Shown here piece after piece: positions 1 to 13,040 of a stretch of 64,000 nucleotides of DNA. The notes under the pieces were generated by a model. That model was not told where the DNA came from and did no database searches. It was given only the letters and a program-made list of their open reading frames with translations. Position numbers and translations under genes: made by a program. Source of the stretch: Cyanophora paradoxa CCMP329 (Eukaryota > Plantae > Glaucophyta). Each line of letters starts with the position of its first letter. The stretch's first letter is position 1. The DNA lies in the NCBI GenBank assembly GCA_004431415.1, contig QPMI01000150.1, positions 62,001 through 126,000 on the forward strand. Reading direction: 5' to 3'.

Positions 1-550
1 AGAGAAATTGTACTTCACCAGGTCTGGTTGAATCTCAAAGCGTTGATTGCGAAATACGCAAGCCGTGGTGATACAAAGCACTATATATAATCGTAATGAA
101 GCCGCACCATTGTGCTTAATCTGGCTAGGAAGCCCGTGGCCGAAAGAGAGAAAGATTGCCTTGTTGTAGTAAACCTGAAATCGAGATCAGCTGCATGCGC
201 GGGTCGAAACCACGAGATTTGAACTGGAATTAATAAATATTCTAGATCGATGATATCAATCCGCACGTGGCACATTCCCGTTCGATTCAGTCCAGTATTG
301 ATAAGCGTCGTTCGAGTCCCACTAACAATGTCTGCCGCGACCGGTAATTATACATCAGTTGCAACTTTAACAGGCCTAGCTACAGGCTCAAACGACAATG
401 TCAAAAAACATCAATATCTTAACCCACCAAATTCGCTCAATTCATCAAGGGTGGAACCGGCGGTGGTGATTCCTCCGTACGTCCAGATTTTAGTTGGTAC
501 TTTCAAGTCATAAAGGACAGAAGAAGCGAGCTGCGTTTGAACGCTGTCAT
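1..550 (-). pseudogene. Degenerate kelch-repeat protein fragment
   Basis: Manual minus-strand translation with one plausible GT-AG intron gives SVLYDLKVPTKIWTYGGITTAGSTLDELSEF/DIVSGT and VYYNKAIFLSFGHG, which resemble kelch blades (GG motif). Stops, frameshifts and low GC indicate decay. Confidence 0.35.
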
Positions 551-2402
551 CAGTGCGAGGTCGCATTCAGACTGTATATATGGTCCAACCACAGACCCCT
601 CCGACCAAGCTTGACGTCGTGGTCTGAGAGAAAGTATATGTTGACCAGGCGGGGGGCGCTGCGTAAAATTTCATATATAAGCGCGGAGCCGCGCTGCAAT
701 TGTATGTTATTTATTGCAATTGCGCACTGGTAGTGAGAGAGAGCTTGAAGAAATTATCTTGCGAAGTATTGCATATTTGGTTAGAGGTTAGACCAGCATT
801 CACACACCATCCTCCCTGCGCTCGTAACCACACATGTACATGTATACGTATACGGCTTTTTCATCGCAACGATGAAACCGGCAAACTAAAGCACCAGTAC
901 GTACAGGGCCTCCGAGCCGGGATTATCGTACACCGTCCCCTAAAATCGTGTCTTTTGTCAGTGCGCCAACTACAGTTATATATGTATTCGAGTTCAAGTA
1001 CAAAGCTATATATGCATATATATGCGCTATATAGCTACTTGCCTGCGTTCGTCGAATACTGGGAGGGGTTCCACTGACGGTGGGGTTGAGGACTACGTCG
1101 ATCACATCGATATCAACTTGCGCAGCGACCTTCGAGATGTCGATCGCGAGTAGGCAGATGGCAACGAGCTCGAGGACGCAAACGAATCTGCATCCCAGAG
1201 ATCTATATGCAGAGCCGTACATGTACGTATACGTATACATGTACGCGTGGGACGCCGGAAGCGGCCGTGAACCGCGGTCGATGGATCTGAATTCGAAGCT
1301 AAAAGCCCGCAAACAACGAGTGCCCATTGATCTCATTGGCTACAGTGTGCCCGCTGCACGACAATATTCATGGTCAACTATGCTATATAGCTAGCAGCGC
1401 ATGCCGCATGCGCAGCGGTCGTGGGAGCAGGCGCGCGTGCCGCAGCCGGCGGTGCAGCGCTCGACCTCTAGCTCGCGATCGATATCAGGGAGCTCGAGCT
1501 CGAGCTTTATGTGATTATGATCAGGCTGACCGTCGGACATTCGCGCCGATCCTGCTGCCGCTATGCATGGCCACCAGCTCGCGATCACTGAGTCAGGAAA
1601 CCAGACACCGCGGACGCGGCCGGCATGGCAGACAGAGGTACTTATCGTAACTTAACTTACTAGTTATAGTAAGAGGTACGTTCCAACGTACCAGTTATGC
1701 GACCATTGATGCCGCATCATCAGGCCCGCATCATCGGGCCGCATGCCGGCGCCGCAGTGCATGACTGTGCATCCGCCATTACTATACTCTAGTATATGAT
1801 ACGGTATGAGGGCCTCAATCATCAGCCTGGCAGATGATGAGGCCCATGCCCCATGGGCCATGGCCATTACTACCAGGTAAGTTACTATGATATCGATACG
1901 GCATTGATACCGCAGTGCATCATAAATTTATACGTAATTGTATGCAGAGCTGGGTCACTCACCGTCACTGAGTCAAGACATCGACTCATTGAGAAACGAC
2001 GTCAACTTGGCAAGAGGTTCCGAAGTTCCTAGATTAGACTTGACTGGCGTCCTACTACGGTCCTAGGACCGTCCTAGGACCCGAACAAAGAGCTTCCACC
2101 GGCGACTCGCGATCGGCGAGACGACAACGTTAATTACTAGTATAACCTTGGTCAAGCGGGGGACTCAAGCCCGGCCTTCAGCTTGAGGCAAAATTAATTG
2201 CAACAATGCAATTGCAATTACGCACATAATATATCAATGCAATTGCAATTGGTACCGCGGTATTTAACATCATTGTGTTTTTCGTGAGCGCGCGGTATTT
2301 ATGTGTTCTGCGGTCCGGATACGCGTCCGGGTCGACGTCCAACGGCGGTCTACCTGCGCCGGCCCCCTACAGCTAAGCTAAGCTAGGCTTAGCTAGCTAC
2401 TA

Positions 2403-2666
2403 CCGTGTAACACTTAATTAATGCACCAGTAATTAATGCGTTTTTGGACCCCGACCCCTATTATTGCTATTAATGCGGCACCGAATTATAATTAATGCGT
2501 TTTGCAGCTTTTTGGCTGCGTCAGGGGGGTACGTATGTGTACAAACCGCAGTTTTCTTAGCGTATCAATATTAATGCGGTCCCAAATTAATGCGTTTTGT
2601 CACCAAAAAACGCATTAATTTGGGACCGCATTACTTAAGTGCGCGCATTACTTAAGTGTTACACGG
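2403..2666. mobile_element. MITE, Tc1/mariner-pogo type (family 1, copy 1)
   Basis: TIRs CCGTGTAACACTTAA...TTAAGTGTTACACGG, TA on both sides (2401-2402, 2667-2668), no ORF. A second copy lies at 15839-16085. Confidence 0.9.
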
Positions 2667-3061
2667 TAGTATAGAGGGCTTCAACATTCGGAATTGTTTA
2701 ATTTTCATGAACAGCCGGCTCCGGCGCAGGCGCCCTGCCACTGGCTGCGCGGGTTCCGGGATGATCCCGGATATCCGATGAATCCGTCATTTTGGAACCG
2801 CAGACTTTTTTTGGTTCTTTTTTGAAACATTTCGCGTGTACGTAATTTCGCCGAGTGGAGTCCGGAATGACGTCGACGGCGGAATCCTAGGCCTTGATCA
2901 TGAATCCCAAGATTCCCAACAAGCGAGCTCGCGATCGATCGCAATTCGCGACTCGCGAGGTGCGCAATGCGCATGCATGCGCAGCTGCCAGCTGTCCCGG
3001 AGTCCGACGGTCGCAGGCTCATACTAGTACTACTACCGTAGTACAGTGACTAGCTATAGTA

Positions 3062-3290
3062 CTGCATGTAGGAATGCTTAAATTGACGTTTAGTTAAATT
3101 GCCGAATTCGACCAAAACCGGAATTGCCGTGGCGATAAATCGCCGAAACTCTGAATTTCTTCTATGGCGCCATACAAAAGCGGCCGTTCAGCCCTACCCC
3201 CTGAGAATTGCCGCGCCTCTAAATTGCCGAAATCGGCGTCTCGGCAATATACGGCAATTTAAAACATCGGCTAAAATAGCAATCCTACAG
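3062..3290. mobile_element. Degenerate MITE with TA target duplication
   Basis: The left end CTG[CATG]TAGGAATGCT matches the reverse complement of the right end AGCAATCCTACAG. TA flanks both ends and there are internal AATTGCCG repeats. Confidence 0.65.
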
Positions 3291-4154
3291 TACTCAGCAT
3301 TGTTAGCAACCACTACTAGTAGTAGTAGGCTAGCGCTAGTAGCCGCGCGGCCCGCGCCTCGCGATCGCGGACTCAGCAGGCTCGCGCGCAGCTTGATTAC
3401 TGTGAGCCGGGAAATATTTAGTATACTGGATCTTTCAAAGTTTCAAAGTTTATAGTACCAAAGTTGAGGCCCGTATGCAGCCCGCTCCGCGCGGCCAACT
3501 CTTAATTATATAATTATTTTCAGCCTACTAAATCGACGTCGGTGGCTCTTAATTATATAATTATTTTCAGCCTACTAAACCGAATCCTTGTGATTCCCGA
3601 TACCGTGACTTGTATCCTCGTTGTGTACTACGAGTGGACACGCCCACCGTAGATCTTTAAAAAAAAAAGACTGCATGAACTCCGGGATTACTAATTATTT
3701 TGGGATCTTAAATATTACCCGAATTACAGTAAGCTCAGCAGAGTCGCGCTGCAGCTGTGAGTCGCAGCTTAGCCAAGTAGAGTCGCACTGTGAGAGCTTA
3801 GAGCTTATCGAGGGCGCTCTAGATCATCGGATCTACTGTGAGATCTAGAGGCAGCAGTCCCTGTTCATGAGGGAGGGAGTTCTAGAAGACTCGGTGATCA
3901 TGACGTCGACTGCGCATGACGAAGGAAGAGCCGTGTCGGCCTTGGGGGAGATGGACTCCGGGAGAGGTACCGGTGGCCATGCCATGATGGGTTTCCCGGC
4001 TGGTTGCATTTGTGAACGATCACTGACTACCGATATCGACCCTGCGCGTGAAGAAGTAGAGGAGAGTGAGGCGCCCCGGCGGTCTTCGCACGCCCGAAGG
4101 CCCCGGTGGTCATGATCAGCGGCGCAGGCGCCGAACGATAACTAGCACGCCGAG

Positions 4155-4922
4155 CTAGCATATGCATGCCACGCGGGGTGGCTCGGGGGGCAGCCTCAGG
4201 GGCGCCCAGTCGCGCAGAGGTAGCCGAGCGTCTTCCCGCGTCGCCGCCGAGATCCGTAGCTGCCGCAGGGGGTACGCGATCCCCTCCACCCGCACCAGCA
4301 CCCTCGCCCCGCGCCGCGGCTTCGCCCCCGCGCCCTTCTCCGCCGGCTGCAGGGCGGGGGAACCCTCAGCACGATGGGAGTACAGAGAAGGGGAGAGGGA
4401 TGGGGGGGGGGGGGGGGGGGTGGGGGGGGGGGGGTGGGGTGGGGCGGGGGGGCGGGCGCGGACCTTGCGGACGGGGGGCGCCTCCGGGGCGGCTACAGCG
4501 TACGCGGCCTCCTCAAGGCGCCTCCAGTACCCCGCCGATACGGCCGCGGCCCCCTCAAGCCCCGCGCGCTCTGAACCCCTCCCGAACTCCTCCAGCCGGT
4601 CCCTGCGGAGGAAAGGTGAAAAATGGGCCCCAGCAGGATTCGAACCGGCAATCCGCTCACCGGTACTCGGCGAGGCGGCCGATGCGCTGCGCAAGGACCC
4701 GCTCCGCCTTCGCGCGCTCGCGGGTTCGGTTCTGGACAGCGTACTTCAGGTCTGCGGGGAGCGGGGTCGGCCGGGCAGCACATGTACAGGGCGAGGGGAA
4801 GCAGCGGCGGGGCGCACTGGGGTGGTCGGGCTGGGAGGCCCCCGTCTCGAGGTTGAGGTAGTAGGTCCGCCCCGAGACCGGCTCCAGCTGCGGCACCTGC
4901 CAGCCCGCCGGCGCCTCAGAAG

Positions 4923-4958
<36 letters not shown>

Positions 4959-7900
4959 TTCCCCTCCCGGGGGGGGGGACGGCGCGGAGCTCGCGGGCGG
5001 ACCCAGGTGGAGGGGAAGGGCCGCCCCAGGCACCACTTCGTCATCTTCTTGTCCCAGTAGCGGAAGTGCGCCTCGAACATCCGCCCCTGCCCCCGCCGCG
5101 CGAGAGGGCGCGCGCTCAGCCGGGGCGGGAAGGGGAAGGGTGCACGGGATCCGTCGAGCCGCCGCACCTCCTCGGCGGCGGCGGCCTGCACGCGGGCGGC
5201 CTCGCGGGCCACGGCCAGCTGCGCCCCCGCCAGCCAGTCCGCCCCCTCCGCCACCTCCTGCCGCGAGCGGGGCGTCAGGGGGCACCGCCGGCCGCCGCCT
5301 TGGGAAGGGGTGCACCGACCTCGAGCTCGCCGCGGATGGCGAGCCAGCGTCCCTTGGCGGCGCGCCGCGCCCGCACCGCCGCCAGCGCCCGCCACCGGGC
5401 CGCGCGCCTGCCCGCCGTGAGGGCGGCCCGGCGCGTGCGGGGGGCGGGGGCGGGCGCCGGCGCACCGGCGGGCGAGGTGGCCGCGGACGAGGGCCTGGGC
5501 GCGGATGAGGGCGGCGAGGCGCCGCCTGTAGCGCTTGCGCGCCTGCCAGCCCCGCACGACCCTGCGGCCGGCAGTCAGTCGGGCGGGGCCCGGGGCGGCG
5601 GGGCCGAAGAGAGGCAGCACGGGAGGGGCCGGGGCGCGCCTCTGGACGGTGCGGGCGGCGAGCCAGCGGAGGTACACCGTCTCGCTCGCCGTCAGCTCTG
5701 CAGGGCTCACCGTCTGACCGGGGGCCGCCGAGGGAGGGGAAGGGGCGGGGGGGCGGACCCTGCGAGCCGCGGGAGGCGTTGAACGCGGCGTCGTCCTCGG
5801 CGGCCGCGAGGAGCGCGGCGTGCGCCTCCGCCGCGGGGGCCACCAGCGCCGCCCGCCACGCCGCCACCCACCGCCCGTCCACCTCCCGCAGCATCGCCCA
5901 CCGCTTCCGCCACCTCGCCCCCGCCGCCCGCCGCAGCCGGAGCCGCCGCCACCACCGCTGCACCCGCCGCGCCGCGTGCCCCCGCCCCAGCTCCTCCGCC
6001 CGCTCCGCCAGCTCTTGCGGGTCCGGCGCGGCCCGGCCCGGCGGCTCCCGCGGCGGCGCGCCCGGCGACCAGCCGGTGAGCGGCTGCGGCTCGAAGGCGG
6101 TGGGGGGCGCCGGCTCGAATCGCGGCGGCTCCGCCTCGGTCCCCGCGGGGGCCCTGCCGGCGGAGGAGGAGCCGGTGCGGCGGGGCGAGGAGGAGGAGGC
6201 TGGGCGGGGCGGGGAGCGGGCGGGGCGGGGCGGAGACGCTGCTCCGCGGGCCGACTGGGGCCGCGGCGGGGAAGCGGTGCGCGGGGAGGGCCGGGAGCGG
6301 GTGGGGGAAGGTTGTCGGCCGCCGGAGCGGGGCCGATGTGGAGAGGGCTTGCGCCCCGAGTGTGGGCGGGGAGGGGCGGGGCGGGGCCCCGGCGCCGAAG
6401 CCTGCGCCTGGGGCGAGGGGGGTACGACATCCTCCCCCGCGTCCATCTCCGCGAGGATCTGGTCGGCCGCTGCGGGGCGGGGTACGGGATTCAGCGGGGG
6501 TACAGAGCGCCTCGGACCGGGAGCGGACTGCGGATGACTGTGTCGAAGGGGTCCTCAGAGTGGGGTGGCGGGGCGGGGGCCGGGGCGGGGGCCGGCGCCA
6601 GGGCGGAGGAGGAGGCGGAGGAGGCGGAGGGGGGCCGGACCTCGGCCCGGGGGGCGAAGTCCGAGACGACGTAATGGGCCACGGGCTGCCTCGTGCCCGA
6701 CTTGGGGCGAGCGGACGGCGCCCCGGCCCCCCCCGGCGTGCCTCCGCGCTTGCCCGAGGGCGGCCGCGGCGCCGCTGCCGGCGCTGGGGCCGCCGGCTGG
6801 GCGGCGGAGGAGGGGCGGGGGCGGGTGCGCGGCGCGGGGCGGCGGGGGCGGAGGAGGGGAGGGAGGGGCGGGGCGGAGACGAGGGAGCCTCCGGAGGAGA
6901 CGCGGGGCAGGCGGAGCTCCACGCTCCGCGCCCCCGCCGCCCCGCCCCGCCGGCGCCGCGCCCTGGCCGTGCGCAGGCTCGCGGTCGACGGAGACGAGCG
7001 CGCCGCTCGCGAGGATCCGCTGCAGCGTCTCGAACGAGCGCAGCGCCTCTGCCCGCCCCGCTCGGCCCCGTCGGCCTGGGGCGCGCGAGGGCGGGGGGCG
7101 GGAGTGTGGGGTACTGGGGCGTGCGCGGACCGGCCCCGGGGCGCTCGCCGCCGGCCTCCGCCACCGCGGCGCGCAGCGAGGAGGCTGCGTCGCGCAGCCG
7201 CTGGCGCGACTGCCGCACGTACTCTGCGGGGGTGCGTCGTCGCCGAGGGGCGGCGCCGGCGCGAGCGCGGGCCTGGGGGGCGTACCCCGGAAGGCGATCC
7301 ACGGCTGGGGCTGCCGTGCCGCCTGCGCCAGGACGCCCCCGCGCAGCGTGCGGAGGACCTGGGGCGGAGGCGTGGGCGCGGGCGCGGGCGGGCGAGGCGG
7401 GGCCGGGCAGGGCGGGCGGGCGGGCACGGCGTCGAGGTGGGACTGCCACTCGGCGGCGGCGCCGCCCTCCGTGGGGCGCGCGATCCCCGCCGAGCGCGGC
7501 GGGCTCGCCCGCAGGTCCCGCAGCAGATCCCCCAGGTCGTCCCCCGAGATTTGATCCAGGAGGCCGTCCTCCCGCTCTGCCCGCCCGCCCCGCATCAGCC
7601 GGGCGCGGCGCGGCGCGGCGCGGCGGGGCGGGCGGCGCGTACGCATGCGCCACTCCTCGCGGAACCCGCACTCCAGGAGCAGGCGGGGGACCTGCCCCTG
7701 GGACAGCGACGCTTCTTCCCCGGACTGGATCTGGCGGGCATGTCAGCGCGGGGGCGAGCAAGCGGACGCGAGCTCGAGCACCGCACCCGCTGCAGGAGCT
7801 TGACGTCCTCGGCGCGGCCGATGCTGACAAGGATGAGCTCGTCGAGGCGCTGCCGTGTCTGCAGCCGGCCGAACGACTGCGCCGGGAAGGGCGCCGGGGC

Positions 7901-8062
7901 GCTCGGCGGAGGCGTTTGAGCTGCTCGCCCGCCGGCACGCCTGCCGGGAGAGCTCTGGCGCATCGGCGGTGACTGCGGGGGCCGGGCCGGCTGCCTTGAA
8001 GCCCTTGCGGGCGATGGGACCGGAGCGCGTTTCTCCGCCTTTGGAACGCCGAAGATGATCAT
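4155..8062 (-). CDS. Multi-exon protein with IQ calmodulin-binding motifs and a WW domain
   Basis: Exons encode AARRVQRWWRRLRLRR and VRGWQARKRYRRRLAALIRAQALVRGHLARR (IQ-like), and EPVSGRTYYLNLETGASQPDHP (WW-like). ATG at 8062, stop at 4155; intermediate exon boundaries are approximate. Confidence 0.7.
4624..4700 (-). ncRNA. tRNA-like 77-nt cloverleaf overlapping an exon/intron junction (pseudo-tRNA or tRNA mimic)
   Basis: Perfect B-box GGTTCGAATCC (plus 4636-4646), GGGTCCT/GGGGCCC acceptor-like stem, TCGCC/GGTGA stem with a 7-nt loop, and TTTTT directly downstream. The anticodon loop is non-canonical. Confidence 0.35.
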
Positions 8063-9078
8063 TTCTGAGTCTTTGCTGGCGCTAGAGGCTCATAATCGCT
8101 GGCAGTGGATCCGCGCTTGCCGCTCTAACTATGCCGGTGCTGGTGGTGCGCACTAACGCAGTTGAGCAAGCTACCTTGCGCCTGCACACCTGTAAAGAAC
8201 GCAAGCCGGCAAGTCAGGCTTGCATGGTACCCCCACAGCCTGACGGTACCCCCACAGCCGCTGCGTAAAACTCGCCGCAGTCGCGAATCGCGATCGAAAA
8301 AATTCGGTAACGAAATGTACCGACTCGGCGATCGCGAAAAGACGGATTTCGGTGCTTGGAGCCCAAGTTGGAGGAAAAGTGCCGGTCTATACCGTAGACA
8401 GACTATACGGGGCCGCGGGGCCGGCTGCTGAATGCTGCCCGGCGGCCAGGCTCTAGATCTGGCAGGCTGCTGTGACAGTGCTGTCACCTGCTGAATTGGA
8501 AGCGCTGCTCAGACTAGTACTTCAGCGACGTCGACAGAGCTACAGTATAGCTAGAGCCTAGAGCACCTCAGCACCAGCTGGGCGTGCGCATGCAGCTGCA
8601 GATACAGTATCTCGTCTCGCCTTGCACGCACGGCAGCTGAGCTTTGTCTCGCCGGGAGGCCTATAGGCTTTCAGGCTTTCAGGAAGCCTGGCCTGAAACA
8701 AGTCGGCGCGCGCGCGCCTGAACCAGCGCGCGCATGCGCATCGATTTCTAGACCGGTTCAGCCGCGCCGCGGTTCGATCAGCACTGACAACCTGAGGAAT
8801 ATCACTCTCGCGGGCGCCCCGGCGCGCGCGGACGCGCGTACTACGGCAACGGTTGGCGGCGCCATCGGCTTGGCCGGCCGCGGAATCATCGGGCATGCAT
8901 GTGGATATGGCCACAGACGCAGACATGCCGGCCGCCCAGCGATGGCCTCGAGCGATCGCCACGGAGACAGGTACCGCGGACGGTGCGATGCATATGGTCA
9001 CTCTCACACGCGGATCACTCAAACGCTTACGTTGCAACGTTCTGCGCGCACGCAGCTGCAGGTGGGCCTAGTGGGCAA

Positions 9079-12000
9079 ATGGAAGAAAGCGAGGAGCAGT
9101 CCGCAGCCGGTGCCGCCGCCGGTCTGGCGCCGGTGCCGCTGCCGGTCGTGGTGCAGCTGGACCAGCTCGTCAGCGCGCTGGGCGCCCTTCACGTCGAAGA
9201 GGAGGCGGAGGTCGAGCTCGCCGCCAGCTCCGCCGGCTCCTCGCCCTCGGCCCCCGCCCCCGATCCCCTCTCGCCCACGTGCACCCCGCTGCCGCCCGCG
9301 CCGGCGCCAGCGGCAGCGCCGCCCTTCGCAGTCGTGATACAGCTACCGGCATCGCAATGCGTGCGTCGCGCGCGTGCCCGCAGCGGCGCCCGCGCGCGCG
9401 GGCCTGAGGGGTGCGGCGCGCAGGCGCCGCCCTTCTGGGCGGGGGAGGAGGATCTCGCGGCGCTCGCCGCGGAGGCGGAGGCCTCGGCCGCGGCGGGGCT
9501 CCTCGGCTCGGAGGAGGGGCGGGCAGGGGCGGCGCGGGCCTCGCCGACCCCCGCATCCTCGCCACGCCGCTCTTCGGCAGCTTCTCGGGGCGGCGGCGGC
9601 TGCACGCGCTCTTCGCGGCGCTGCGGGCGTCGACGCCGGACGCGACGGGGACGCGGCTCGTGCGGGCGGTCGTGCGGGCGCTGGCGGAGGCGCTGCTGGA
9701 GCCGCTGCCGGCGGCCGGCGAGGGGGCGGCGCCCTTCCGGGAGGCGGACGTGGGGCGGCTGCTCGAGCTCGCCGCCAACCTGGTGGAGACGTGCACGACG
9801 TGGACGAACCGCGCCGACCCGCACCACTTCCTCCTCGAGCCGCGCCTCGCCGACCGCCTCGCCCTCTGCGCCGCCGACCTCGCCCTGCCCTTCGCCGCCA
9901 GCCGCGGCCCGCTGCACGCCCGCGCCCTCCTCCTCCGCGCCAACATCCACCGCGCCGTGCGCGCCGCCTCCCCCCGACTGCACATGCGCCGCAGCCGGCC
10001 CTCCCGTCCGCGCCAGCGCTGACGCCGGCCGCAGTACGACCGGGCGGGTCCCGCCGTTGAGCTCTACTATGAGGCGCGCCGTGCTGCCGGCGCCGCGGGC
10101 GCGCGCGGCGCGCTCCGGGGCTGACGCGGCGCAGGCGTGGTCGGACCTGCGGCGGAAGGGCCTCGTACCCAGCGACGAGGAGGCCGCGCTGATCCCCCGC
10201 CTCGCAAACCTGCTCTGTGCGCCCCGCCCGCTCGACCGCCCCCGGATCCGGAGGCACTGACCCCGCTCCAGTCGAGACCTGCCAGCCGCGCACGGGCCTC
10301 TTCGGTCCGCGCTCTCCGCCGCCGCGGCCAGCCGCCTCGCCTGATCACGACGGGGCGGCAGTGGCGAGTTCGGCCTACTTGCCCCCCGGGGCGGCCGGCG
10401 AGGAGCGCACCGTGGCGGAGTTCCATCTCGCGCAGCTCGCCAGTGCGAACGAGGCCAAGCGATGCGCCTTCCCCGCGCGGGGCCTCTCACGCGACGCGCC
10501 GCGGCCGCAGTGACGGCGCAGCGTTGGCAGAAGGACCAAGCGGGGGCCGAGCGCCACGGCCGCCGCTGCCTCGAAATCGCCGAGGGCCTCGAGCCGCGCT
10601 CCTGCAGGCGCGGCCGTCGCCCCGCTCCGTGCAGAGCGTCCGCGCACTGACCCGCGGCGCGCAGTGTGCTGAAGCTGCGCGTGCTGGTGGAGCTCATGAC
10701 GATAGCGAACTATCGCCGTGCCTGCCCCGTCCCGCCCCGCCCCGCCCCGCCCCGATTGAGCCCGCCCGTGGCCGCCGCGCAGTCCAGCCCATCTCGCTCA
10801 TGTCGTACGGCAACCAGGCGCTGAAGATCGCCTCTTCGCTCCACGTGCGCCCCGCGGCCGCTCCAGCGCCGCCCCCCGCGCCGCGGCGGGGCGCCCGGAA
10901 GACTGGGCTGGGCGGGGCAGGACCCGAGCCTCGCGGACCTGGATCTGCTCGCCTACTACCGCTACACAAAGCTCTTCGTGCGCCCGCCCCGCCGCGGCGA
11001 GCAGCCGGCGGCCCCGCCCCACCGCGAGTTCAAGCGCCGGCCTCGTTCGCAGGCCCCCGTCGAGCCCCTTATCAAAACCATGAAGCTCTGCGTCGCCGTC
11101 GCCAAGGTTCCCCTCCTCGCCGCCCCCTTTCTTCCCACTTTCCCCTTCCCCTTCCTACACCCCACTCCCTTCCCTCCGCCCGCGGCTGAGGGCCGGGGTC
11201 TCACAAGGGCTGGCATTGGTGCCGCGCCGCGCAGCGGGCGGAGAGCGCGGGGGCGAGCCCGATCCTGGCGCACGGCCTCTTCCAGCTCGGCGAGCTGCAC
11301 CTCGCGGCCGGCGACGCCCGCGCCGCCGCCCGCTGCTTCGCCGCCGCCCTCTCCGCCCTCGAGCCCTTCTCCGCCCTGTACCCCCCCGAGCACCCGCGCC
11401 GCGCCCGCCTCGAGTGGGCCCTCGCCGAGCTGCGCGCCGACCGCCTCCCGCCGCCCGCCTTCCCCCCGCCCGAGCCCGTCCAAGCCTTCGCCGCGCCGGC
11501 AGCCAGCCCCGGGTCGCCCGGCTCCCCCAGCCAGCCGCCCTCGCCGTCGAGCTCCAGCCGGACCTTCGCCGGCACTTTCCTCGCGCGCCGCGCCGACCCG
11601 ACGTGCAGCCCGATACCATCTGACCCCTCCAGCGCCCCCTCACCCTTGCGCTCCCCACGGGAGCACAGAGCGCCATCCAACCCCTCCTTCGCCGCCTCGC
11701 CCTCGCCCTCGCGTTCCCAGCTGCAGCAGGAGCCTGCGAAGCGCCGCTCGGGCCGGCCGCGGCGGCAGCGGTCCCCCTCGAGTGACGACCCGAACCTGCG
11801 CGGCAGCATGCGCAAACCCCCGCCGCCCATCCTGCCTCGGCCAGACCCCAGCGAGCTCGCCCCCGTCCCGTGCATCCCGGTCTTCCTGTCTCCGTTCACC
11901 GTCCCTGCGGCTGTGCCGGTGACGGCCGGCGTGCACGCCGGCGGCGTCGCTGCCGGCGACCGCGAGCTCCCGGCCGACATGTACATCCTCCCGATCGCCC

Positions 12001-12155
12001 CCGGCACGCATCTCGAGCTCGATGCAAATGGGGCGCCCGCCGGCAGCGATCTCGATCTTGAGCTCCAGCTGCAGCCTGGGCCTCCCGGCCCTCCCCCCCT
12101 CGCCGCTAGCCGCCCCATATCCATCGTCGCTTTCACCTCCCTTCCTGGGCTTTAA
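9079..12155 (+). CDS. TPR-like helical-repeat protein, tandem paralog 1 (multi-exon; 5' end may extend upstream)
   Basis: Exons give AEFHLAQLASANEAKR, AERHGRRCLEIAE, MSYGNQALKIASSLH and ILAHGLFQLGELHLAAGDARAAARCFAAALSALE (TPR-like). Near-identical to 17150-19872. Confidence 0.6.
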
Positions 12156-12668
12156 TTTTCTGAGAGAGGAGCTCGAGCTCGATATTTATTGTGTGTGTAT
12201 ATATTCGATCCTTCGATTCGGCGACATTCGCACAGCGAGCGTCGCGCCGTCGACGCGTCGCCTAGCGACCGTCGGACTTCGTAGCGAGTCGACCAGGACT
12301 CGACCTCAATGATTTTGGTCGCGATCGCTTACTAGGGGCCCGGCCGCGATTCTCGCGCCGGGGCCCGGGGTGCAAGGGGGGAACCGGGATCTAATGAAAG
12401 AGTCGTAGTGGCACGCACATGCACGGGGCAGATCTAGATCGACCCCGGCCCGGCGCGCGCGGCAGGTTGAAGTGTAAAGATCAACACAGATTAAGATTGA
12501 AAAAAATAGAAAAGGCCCATTAAGCAGACGCTGCGATCAAACCGAATAAAGAAAAGGCTCAATGAAAGGCCAGATTCAGCGCACTGTATAAGAAAGATTG
12601 TTCTGGAGCGAAAAAACGCTGCGCATCAACTGTGTTCGCACGGCCTACCGCTAACCCTGAACAGCTGG

Positions 12669-13040
12669 CTAAAAGATGATGGTGCTGTCTGCAGAGGGCT
12701 CGCCGTAAACATAGGCGATCCAGGCCTTCTGGAGGGGGTCGGGGCGGAAGTCGACCATGGGGGTGAGCGGCAGCCAGCGGCGCCGGTCCTGAAGAGAGCC
12801 GTCCTGCGAGAGCATGGTGAGGCGGCCCGCCGCCTCGAGCGCCCGCAGAGCCACGCGGCTGGCGCGCTGCTCGCTCCCGCCGCGCATCTGGTAGACAAGG
12901 TCTTGAATTTCGATATCCGCGAGGCCGGCGTCACGGAGGCGCTTGAGGACTCCCATGTACATGTGGAGGTCCTCGATCGCAGGCCTGCGGTGGCAAGGGC
13001 GGTCCACTTGAATGAATCTTTGCGCACCCGAGAAAGCGAA
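12669..13040 (-). CDS. Hypothetical protein, possibly the terminal exon of an unknown gene
   Basis: Open frame of over 110 codons with GC3-rich codons and ordinary amino-acid composition (IEDLHMYMGVLKRLRDAGLADIEIQDLVYQM...). No recognisable domain. Confidence 0.3.
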   Translation of the reverse strand, partial: FAFSGAQRFIQVDRPCHRRPAIEDLHMYMGVLKRLRDAGLADIEIQDLVYQMRGGSEQRASRVALRALEAAGRLTMLSQDGSLQDRRRWLPLTPMVDFRPDPLQKAWIAYVYGEPSADSTIIF

